Source: Candidatus Poseidoniaceae archaeon (GTDB lineage: Archaea > Thermoplasmatota > Poseidoniia > Poseidoniales > Poseidoniaceae). Taken from it: a DNA stretch of 64,000 nucleotides. The notes beneath the pieces were generated by a model. That model was not told the origin of the DNA and searched no databases. It saw only the letters and a list, made by a program, of their open reading frames with translations. Every line of letters begins with the position of its first letter. Position 1 is the first letter of the stretch. Where the stretch lies: assembly GCA_028356125.1 (NCBI GenBank), contig JAOMTZ010000003.1, forward strand, positions 25,557 to 89,556, in the 5' to 3' direction. Shown piece by piece: positions 56,603 through 64,000 of the stretch. Both the position numbers and the translations under genes were made by a program.

Positions 56603-58210
56603 TTGAACAACCTATCGCTACCATTCCACCCAAAGTCAGATACCAGCGCGTGCAATGCCACCATCATGGGTGAGCCCTCATCGAAGAAGGTATTTCCCGG
56701 CATGGGGTCGGGATTGCCGAACCCATATAGCGAGGATTTCGATAGAGCTGAAGACTCAATATCTAGTGCCTTTATCGACTACCAATCCGCAGAGAGTCAT
56801 AGGATTAAATATGGCAGGCTAGCCTGCAACCCAATCGTTCTAATGATGAGAAGAATAGCTGGACTTCTGATGGCCCTTACTGCCTTGGCAGGAGTGGTTG
56901 CCCCCAATCATCCTCTAACTAGTCCAACACTGATGATTTTGCTTTGGATACCAATGTTAATCGTCTCCATCACACCCGCATTTATCGCTGCTAAAAGGGC
57001 GATGACCGCCCTAGTTCTGCGCTCTTCTCTTTGGAAAGAAGAAGCGATTGTCAAAGGGGTTCGGAGAGACATGATGTCAGAGCCAGGAATGGACCGGATT
57101 AAGGCTGGGCTTAACGATGTAAGACTCCATAATGCCACAGCTTCAATTTTGGCCGCAACATCCCTTTTCTTGCTAATTTTAGCAGCCGGGTTAGAACCAA
57201 ACGGGCTTGCCTATAACCTCGTATTACTAATCACTCTTACCTCTAGTTTGGCACTAGCATATCATGCTATTTTTACAACCGATGACATCCGTAAACTTGG
57301 GGATGAATTACCATACTTGGTTTTACATTCTCCAACGCACCACCCTATGAAGTTAGACACAATTCTTGGAGATCTTGTTTATGCACACCTCGACCCCGAT
57401 CACTCATTATTGTGGAATCTATGGGAAGACAAATTATCTAATTCAATATTGCCCGGGGTAGATAAAAAACAAGCCCGAGAGAGAATATTGTATCTTATGC
57501 ATCTGAATAGTCGCGGCGACCTTAACGATGATGAAACGATGAATGAACTAGAGGAGTTCATCAAACCAATGGCGATAAAGGACTTACTCCTCAACGATGA
57601 TGAACAATTTAATTGGGTAAGATTGCAGAGGTTGATAGCTCATGCTAGAGCATGGCAAGTAGAAGTCTTTGACCTGTTAGATCGTTTGCAAAACGACTTA
57701 TTATCTGGCTCAGCAGCAATTACCAAAGACGATTGGAGAATGGATTTGGCACTAGCATCTCAATGCGATAATCAAACCGGGCACTTGTTCATAGCCCTCA
57801 ATAATCAAACCAACAAAGACAGACACCTACGGGTCGAAGTAATCGCTCCAGGGGGAATGCCTGAGAGCCAAGTGCATCGATTCGAACTGAGGTCATGCCC
57901 GGGCCCGAATAACGCTGTTAAAATTACAGACAGGCTAGTAGAAGATGCATTAGATTGGATGCCAAAATATCTCGAGAAGGGGGTTATTCTTTGGATCGGA
58001 GTTGCGTGGGGCTCCAAGGTACGTGGCAAAAGAAACGTGCAAGTAATTCTTCGTGATGACGATGACACTATTATCGGCTCAAGAATTATCCGCACCGAGG
58101 TACTTTTAGGAGACAGTAATCTATCAAAACAACGCCTTAAGCGTATGCTGAAAGCACGTCAGAAAGGCGAAACCACACTACCAAATTTAGAAATCTCAAC
58201 AGCGGCATGA
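56603..58210 (+). CDS. hypothetical membrane protein (4 TM plus soluble C-terminal domain)
   Basis: Long ORF with four hydrophobic helices; the start is probably the ATG near 56666. Confidence 0.7.
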   Translation: MNNLSLPFHPKSDTSACNATIMGEPSSKKVFPGMGSGLPNPYSEDFDRAEDSISSAFIDYQSAESHRIKYGRLACNPIVLMMRRIAGLLMALTALAGVVAPNHPLTSPTLMILLWIPMLIVSITPAFIAAKRAMTALVLRSSLWKEEAIVKGVRRDMMSEPGMDRIKAGLNDVRLHNATASILAATSLFLLILAAGLEPNGLAYNLVLLITLTSSLALAYHAIFTTDDIRKLGDELPYLVLHSPTHHPMKLDTILGDLVYAHLDPDHSLLWNLWEDKLSNSILPGVDKKQARERILYLMHLNSRGDLNDDETMNELEEFIKPMAIKDLLLNDDEQFNWVRLQRLIAHARAWQVEVFDLLDRLQNDLLSGSAAITKDDWRMDLALASQCDNQTGHLFIALNNQTNKDRHLRVEVIAPGGMPESQVHRFELRSCPGPNNAVKITDRLVEDALDWMPKYLEKGVILWIGVAWGSKVRGKRNVQVILRDDDDTIIGSRIIRTEVLLGDSNLSKQRLKRMLKARQKGETTLPNLEISTAA

Positions 58211-58265
58211 TGAGAGTTTAAGCGCGTTGCTTATGACATGCCCACTCTTCGCATGACTTACTGAG

Positions 58266-59903
58266 GTGGAGTACTTGGAAGCATGGGACATCATCGTAAT
58301 TGGAGACGGACCGGCAGCACTACACGCGTCGGCAAGTGCAGCAAAGGCCGGAGCATCAATTTTGATGATGTCTGCCGATAGTTTAGGGGCGGGCAATTCT
58401 GCCGCCATCGACGGCATTGCAGCGCCATTAAAAGAAAGCACAACTAAGTCTCATCGCGACGATACGATTAGGGCAGGGGGATTCCTTTGCGACCAAGATA
58501 TCGTTTCAGAACGCATTTCACAAGCAACCCGGCAAGTCGATTTACTCGAAAGGTGGGGAGTTATTTTCCGTCGCGACGCAGATGGAATACCGTTAGTTCG
58601 ACGCGCAGCAGGACACACTCTACCCCGTTTAGCAGGTGCAGGAGATGCACTTTCTCGCGAAACACAACAAGTTCTGGAAGAACAATGCATGCGCCACGGC
58701 GTCGTTAGAAGGGGCGACCAAATACCTCTTCAGATCGTGCACACCGATGAACAGATTCACGGAATAATCGCTCTTGACATGTCAACCGGAACTGTGAATT
58801 CCATTCAGGCAAAGTGCGTTATTATTGCCGACGGAGGGTATGAGGGGGCCTGGACGGGAACCTCAATCGGACTAGGTTTAGACATGGCTATGAGAACAGG
58901 AATGTCTGCTAGAAATCTTGAATTCGTATCGTGGACACCTATGGCAGTTCCTGGAACAAACGTCGTACTACCCGTTGGAATGTTATCAGATGGAGCATCC
59001 CTTCACCACCCAAATGGTAACCCCTTGGAAGTGGAAGAATTCGCCGACACCACCAGTATTTCAATTGCAATGGGGGCGCAGAACATAGCGCTCGATGCTA
59101 GAAACATGGGCGAATCTGAGAAATGGTGGTCACAAACTTCTGAATTAGTTTCTACACGATTGGGGATTAACATGGCCCGCCAAACAATACCAGTTAGCGC
59201 ACAAGCTTCTACAACTCTAGGTGGGATTGTGACCGACGAGCAAGGAAGGGCGATATCTGGAAAATGGTCGCGATGGTTCACTGGGCTTTATGCAGCAGGA
59301 GATGCAGCATGTTCAGGAATCCATGGCGCAGGAATGGTTGCAGGAAACCGTCTTCTCGACGCACTGACAGGAGGCCACATCTCCGGACTTCACGCCGCAG
59401 AGCATGCGTCCAAGACGACTTTCTCTGGAAGAGCCGCACTCGAAACACAATTAGGAGTTTCAGAAGCAGATCTAGATTTCGAAATGGCTGGCGCCGAAGA
59501 AGGCCCAGTTCAACGAGCAGGGGCTTTGTTTGCTAAACTTACAGAAATCATGACTTCACACGTTGGAATGAATAGAGATGCTGAAGGTTTGAATGCGGCA
59601 TTGGAAGCACTCAATTCCCTAGAATCATCCGCTGCTAATCTCCATATTGACGATAGCAGTAGGTTGTTTAACTCTAATCTTCTTGAGGCATTACGAATCA
59701 AGGCCGGAATTAGGTTAGCCAAAGCGACGGTACACAGTGCACTATCTCGAACAGAAAGCAGAGGCGTCCATCAGAGAGCGGACTTCACAGAAACCGATTC
59801 TGAACAGATGTACCACACTTTAGTCGATATCGAAGGCAACATTTCAACTCTAGCAATTAGAAAAGGTAGCGCTGGCTCTTGGGTACTAACTCCTGAAGAG
59901 TGA
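58266..59903 (+). CDS. SdhA/FrdA/NadB-fold flavoprotein with degenerate active site
   Basis: Motifs IVIGDGPAAL, LERWGVIFRR, GLYAAGDAAC, RTESRGVH.RADF; catalytic residues are replaced. Confidence 0.85.
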   Translation: MEYLEAWDIIVIGDGPAALHASASAAKAGASILMMSADSLGAGNSAAIDGIAAPLKESTTKSHRDDTIRAGGFLCDQDIVSERISQATRQVDLLERWGVIFRRDADGIPLVRRAAGHTLPRLAGAGDALSRETQQVLEEQCMRHGVVRRGDQIPLQIVHTDEQIHGIIALDMSTGTVNSIQAKCVIIADGGYEGAWTGTSIGLGLDMAMRTGMSARNLEFVSWTPMAVPGTNVVLPVGMLSDGASLHHPNGNPLEVEEFADTTSISIAMGAQNIALDARNMGESEKWWSQTSELVSTRLGINMARQTIPVSAQASTTLGGIVTDEQGRAISGKWSRWFTGLYAAGDAACSGIHGAGMVAGNRLLDALTGGHISGLHAAEHASKTTFSGRAALETQLGVSEADLDFEMAGAEEGPVQRAGALFAKLTEIMTSHVGMNRDAEGLNAALEALNSLESSAANLHIDDSSRLFNSNLLEALRIKAGIRLAKATVHSALSRTESRGVHQRADFTETDSEQMYHTLVDIEGNISTLAIRKGSAGSWVLTPEE

Positions 59904-59925
59904 TGGCAAAAACACCCTCAATACT

Positions 59926-60390
59926 TTGAGGTGTATGCGGTCAGCAACCGATATGGCAGAGCCAACCCTGTTTCAAAAAATCCTATCGGGAGATGTTCCT
60001 GGTAACTTTGTTGCAAGAGGAGACAAGTGGGGCGCCTTTCTAGATGTGTTCCCTCGCTCCGAAGGGCACACGCTTGTGGTTCCTTCGAACCCAGTGCAGA
60101 GGATTTCTGACTTATCGGTGCATGAGTTGGGGGAACTTTTCGAAGGAGTGAAAAGAACTCAAGCGATATTAGGAGCTTATTTTCAATCCACCGATTTCAC
60201 AGTAGTTGTCCATGATGGCCCACTTGCTGGACAAGAGATACCACACGTCCATGTCCACATAATTCCGAGATTAGAAGGAGATGGCGGGAAATCATTACCT
60301 GCAATGTTCCCCAAATCAAACCCCCAAGACCCGCCTGATTTTACTAGACTCTCAGAACTTTGTAACAGAATAAAGGAGGCCTCGATATGA
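59926..60390 (+). CDS. HIT family nucleotide hydrolase
   Basis: Motifs GHTLVVP and HVHVHIIPR. Confidence 0.93.
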   Translation: MRCMRSATDMAEPTLFQKILSGDVPGNFVARGDKWGAFLDVFPRSEGHTLVVPSNPVQRISDLSVHELGELFEGVKRTQAILGAYFQSTDFTVVVHDGPLAGQEIPHVHVHIIPRLEGDGGKSLPAMFPKSNPQDPPDFTRLSELCNRIKEASI

Positions 60391-61937
60391 AAAGCGGTTC
60401 AGATGGAGCACGAGATCGTCACGGAGAATTACTTCCCGAACTATCAGCGTCGGCAACAAAAATGAATTACCAAAAATTGGTAAATACGCCTCTACCAAAG
60501 TTCAACCAAAAATACCCCGGCTCACCATTCTTTATGGAGATAGGATATTTTTGCCTGCGCAGAACATTTAATTCCGTATTCCGTACATTCGAAGTAACCG
60601 GTACCGAAAACATCCCGGATGATAGAGGTACTATGTGCTCAGCCTGGCACACAAACGGTCTACTCGACCCTATATCGATATTTTTGACACACCCAAAGAT
60701 GTTCGTAGTCGGGGGTCGCCATGACCTTGTCACTCGCCCAATTCTTGGGTTTTGGGCAAGAAAGTTTGCAGTTCAACCAGTCGTAAGGAAAGCAGAACTA
60801 CTACGTGGCGGATGCTCGGAAGAAGAGGCCAACTATCTCAATGGCCGCTCACTTTTGAATCTCGCAACCGGAATTTCTCATGGTTTCGCTTGTGCATTAT
60901 TCCCTGAAGGAACCAGTCATTCAGAAAGCCACCTTATCAGGGTCAAAACCGGTCCCTTTAGAACAGTATTAGCCGCCGCCGCACATGCTAAGGCTATTGG
61001 AGCAAAAATACCTGTGCTGATACCAATTGGCTTACATTTCAGAACAAGGCACCTCTTCAGAACTGATTGTTGGGTAGAATACGGTGAACCAATCGAATTA
61101 CCACATTCAAGTTTGCCAGACGATTTAATACAAGCTGTAAAAGACGGAGACTGGAAAGAACCTCCTTCTGATTTAGTTGTGAAACTAAGAGATGAAGTCG
61201 AAGCGAAACTATCGCCAATGACTCCAGATAGAGATACATTCAGCGAGGTGCACAGAGACGGTGTAATCGCCCATGTAGAAAATAGAATCAAGGGGGAGAA
61301 AATCCTCTCTTGGCGCCAAGAAGTCCTAGAGGTAAGAAGGCTGAAGGCCGAACCAGCCCCTCTGGAGGTTCAAGAGGTTGCAACTAGGATAGGAGACACT
61401 CTGAACTCTTCAATTTTAGACGGAACAGACATTAACGCTCAAGGTAATGGGTTGAGGGGAATATCTCCTTCCGGAGCAATTGTGAATTTATTGAAATTTA
61501 TTCCAATGTTGATATTATTGCCATCGATAATCGTTGGAATGGGACCACAAATTGCCCTTGGAAGATTACTCGGAGACGATACAGATGAAGGCTTGGACGC
61601 TAGAACATCATACCATTTTTTGTTTGGAATGTTTGGATCTTTAGGATGGTGGCCTATACTGGCAACAGCCATAACCACAATTTCAATTATTTTTAGTTCA
61701 GATATTACTTCTCAAATTGATATCAACTGGGAATTCTTAGTCGGCGGCGGAATGGCGCAACATATTCTAGTAACAATTTTGTTATGGGTTAGCTTAATCC
61801 TGATGTTTTGGATGTCGGGGATATTTTTCTCAATCGGCTGGGATTCAGTTTCAGACACGAAAAAGTGGTTCAGAAGGGCTAGTGCGAGCAAGAAAGTCCA
61901 ACCTGACCTAATTAAATTACATGAATTACTAAAGTGA
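60387..61937 (+). CDS. PlsC-like glycerolipid acyltransferase with C-terminal TM helices
   Basis: HxxxxD motif (HTNGLLD) and FPEGTS. Confidence 0.82.
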   Translation: MKSGSDGARDRHGELLPELSASATKMNYQKLVNTPLPKFNQKYPGSPFFMEIGYFCLRRTFNSVFRTFEVTGTENIPDDRGTMCSAWHTNGLLDPISIFLTHPKMFVVGGRHDLVTRPILGFWARKFAVQPVVRKAELLRGGCSEEEANYLNGRSLLNLATGISHGFACALFPEGTSHSESHLIRVKTGPFRTVLAAAAHAKAIGAKIPVLIPIGLHFRTRHLFRTDCWVEYGEPIELPHSSLPDDLIQAVKDGDWKEPPSDLVVKLRDEVEAKLSPMTPDRDTFSEVHRDGVIAHVENRIKGEKILSWRQEVLEVRRLKAEPAPLEVQEVATRIGDTLNSSILDGTDINAQGNGLRGISPSGAIVNLLKFIPMLILLPSIIVGMGPQIALGRLLGDDTDEGLDARTSYHFLFGMFGSLGWWPILATAITTISIIFSSDITSQIDINWEFLVGGGMAQHILVTILLWVSLILMFWMSGIFFSIGWDSVSDTKKWFRRASASKKVQPDLIKLHELLK

Positions 61938-61950
61938 ACGGTTCAAGTTA

Positions 61951-62604
61951 GTGGACCGTCTCGGATGCATTATGTCGCCTGACGAAGCAGAGAAACTAGT
62001 CCGCACATGGTTGGCTAGTGAGAGGATAGAAGTCCGAGAACAAGAGGACCCTAGGGCCCAGCTACATTTACTCGTAAAGTACCCTCAAGGTAAAAACGGG
62101 CACATGTTCGCTATCGTCATCCCAAAGGGCAGGGATTTATTGGCCGTGTCTTCGATGACTAGGGTCGACGAAGGGCAACAGAAATCAATGCGCGATCTTA
62201 TGAAAAGTGATGATGAAGAGTGGCGATCTTGGATGCACGAATGCCGGATGCAACTAATCGCTTCAGGGGTTGATTGGGGCATCCACCTTGGCCATTCAGG
62301 GAAAGAAAGGCCTGGTCCATTACAAGCATTCAATGTTAGCGAGCCAGTTTGGTTTGACGGTTTAACCAAGAATGAAATGATGCAAAATTTACGTAGGCTT
62401 TGGCTAGCCAAACTCGGAATCATCCACGAAATAAAATTCACATTCGGAACCGGTACTGGTAAACCAGGCCCAGTTGATGATTGGCAAGACAAGAAGACTT
62501 CAAGCACCCGTACAGGGCGCCCTTCCGCCCCTATGCCGAAAGAAATTCACACAGATGACTCGATGTCATTTGGTGAAGGATTCGACCCGTCTGACTGGAT
62601 TTGA
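61951..62604 (+). CDS. DUF2299-like protein
   Basis: Archaeal-type pattern VRTWL.SE.IEV...FAIVIPK... Confidence 0.55.
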   Translation: MDRLGCIMSPDEAEKLVRTWLASERIEVREQEDPRAQLHLLVKYPQGKNGHMFAIVIPKGRDLLAVSSMTRVDEGQQKSMRDLMKSDDEEWRSWMHECRMQLIASGVDWGIHLGHSGKERPGPLQAFNVSEPVWFDGLTKNEMMQNLRRLWLAKLGIIHEIKFTFGTGTGKPGPVDDWQDKKTSSTRTGRPSAPMPKEIHTDDSMSFGEGFDPSDWI

Positions 62605-62700
62605 AAAACCCAAACACTACCTTCTCCTATAATGACGAGAGGGGGACGCGGTTAAGTAGGAGTATTGTAGCGTTAGGGATGTCGTTAGGAAGGTATACGC

Positions 62701-64000
62701 ATGGGTCAAAAAGCAAAGTCAGTCAGCCTCGCAGCAATAATGCTGCTATCAACACTATCAGCAATTTTGGTTGCAGCTCCAGCAGCAGCAACACAGGTTG
62801 TCATAACAGAAGCCATTCAAGTCGTAGACGGTGGTAGTTCTTCGGATCGAATGTCAGCAGTATCTTCTGACTCTCAAGGAAACGTTCACGTTGTCTGGAG
62901 CCGTTCTAACCAGCACCTGTATTACTCGATGGTTTCTCCTCGTGGAGACACTTTGATCGATGCTACACAGGTGACTAATTCTGGCCTTCACAAGATTTAC
63001 CACCCAGATATGGTTATCGATGACAACGACATCGTTCACGTGACATGGGCTGACCATTCCGGCCAGCACAAAATCATGTATACGGCACTTCACCCTTTCA
63101 ATACAGCCATGGATGGTACCGTTTCTGACGACGGGTCCCTCACAGCAATCGACGATTTCATCGTTGCACAACATATCAATAATCGTGACTGGCCAGCAAT
63201 CGATGTAGACAGCAAAGGAAATGTCCACATTGTATGGCAAGACAATTATGATTCACTGGACATGTTCTTCCAACAGCCACAAATTTACTACAAAATGTTG
63301 CAACCTGATTACAGCGTTCAGAACGTAATCGTTCTGTTTGATGACACACTCTTGACTCCAATCATTGGACACAAAGGCCACCCTGATATCGTAGTCGATG
63401 CTAATGATCTAGTTCAGATTGCATGGGACGATACTCGCGGAGGCAAGGTAGAACTTGTATTCGTAGTTGATACATCAGGTTCGATGTACTCTGAGTGGGC
63501 AGATGTCTGCACAGTAATTTATGGTGGAAACTTCCAATCTGGAGGAAACTTCAGAGGAATTAAACCAATGCTAGAAGAAGGAAACATGACTGTTTATGAG
63601 ACTATATACGGCCTTGGTGGAACTCTTCCTGGTGCTGCAAGCCAAGGAAACTGTGCTGCATACAACAAGAACTCCGGTCCAAGAAACACCCCTCTTGGAC
63701 TTGTCAACAATGACGACTCTGGTGGACTAAGAACTCTACCGGGAACCGTATACAACGGGGCAACATACTCTGGATACTCTGGTGAAGACTGGGGACCGGG
63801 ATCTAACTGGGCCTGCCTTTCTTGGAAAGATTCGGTAGGAAACGTTCCAGGAAACCCACCAACATCCTCTGACCACAAGTGGAACCCTAACGCTACAAAG
63901 ATCGTTCTTCCAATTTCAGACGAGGGGCCGAAGGACGGAGACCCGTCCCAACAAGCAGATGATACAAGTTCAATCAACGAAGCTCACGATAACTGTTTGA
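62701..64000 (+). CDS. large secreted protein with propeller-like repeats and a vWA domain, 3' partial (absent from the ORF track)
   Basis: Open frame from ATG 62701 to the window end: signal peptide MGQKAKSVSLAAIMLLSTLSAILVAAPAAA, repeated G(N)VH(V/I)(V/T)W units, MIDAS-like FVVDTSGS. Confidence 0.85.
   Translation, partial: MGQKAKSVSLAAIMLLSTLSAILVAAPAAATQVVITEAIQVVDGGSSSDRMSAVSSDSQGNVHVVWSRSNQHLYYSMVSPRGDTLIDATQVTNSGLHKIYHPDMVIDDNDIVHVTWADHSGQHKIMYTALHPFNTAMDGTVSDDGSLTAIDDFIVAQHINNRDWPAIDVDSKGNVHIVWQDNYDSLDMFFQQPQIYYKMLQPDYSVQNVIVLFDDTLLTPIIGHKGHPDIVVDANDLVQIAWDDTRGGKVELVFVVDTSGSMYSEWADVCTVIYGGNFQSGGNFRGIKPMLEEGNMTVYETIYGLGGTLPGAASQGNCAAYNKNSGPRNTPLGLVNNDDSGGLRTLPGTVYNGATYSGYSGEDWGPGSNWACLSWKDSVGNVPGNPPTSSDHKWNPNATKIVLPISDEGPKDGDPSQQADDTSSINEAHDNCL

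Noticed and set aside
1-64000. Many short ORFs in the six-frame track overlapping assigned genes on the opposite strand or in another frame
   Set aside because: They lie inside well-supported CDSs or tRNAs and lack motifs or independent start signals.

Overview
This is archaeal chromosomal DNA, most likely Marine Group II Euryarchaeota (Ca. Poseidoniales). The assignment is an inference from archaeal core genes (rpl18a-pfdA-ftsY, rpoP, RFC small-subunit-like, dph5, Trm5-like, GGGP synthase, split guaA, beta-CASP nuclease) mixed with bacterial- or eukaryote-type genes (uvrA, RluA, type II glutamine synthetase, URA3-type pyrF, PlsC-like acyltransferase) and many secreted or anchored peptidases. 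The window holds about 65 tightly packed CDSs and three tRNAs: Leu-GAG, Asp-GTC and Arg-CCT. I found no CRISPR array, rRNA, integrase or transposase. Main observations: (1) a tandem triplet of claudin/PMP22-like 4-TM genes beside tRNA-Asp, where copies 1 and 3 are DNA-identical over much of the membrane scaffold but differ strongly in both predicted outer loops, and each copy has its own 5' palindrome and hairpin terminator; (2) a MamK-like actin followed by a long coiled-coil gene; (3) a ~1.37 kb cassette (CDGSH-like microprotein, 2-TM protein, HxlR regulator, small protein) bounded by 23/25 bp inverted repeats; (4) several apparent pseudo-enzymes (SdhA-like, aldolase/adducin-like, receiver domain, half-size geranylgeranyl reductase); (5) a CocE/NonD gene frameshifted in a G9 run. 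All family calls come from motifs recognised by eye; no database searches were run.
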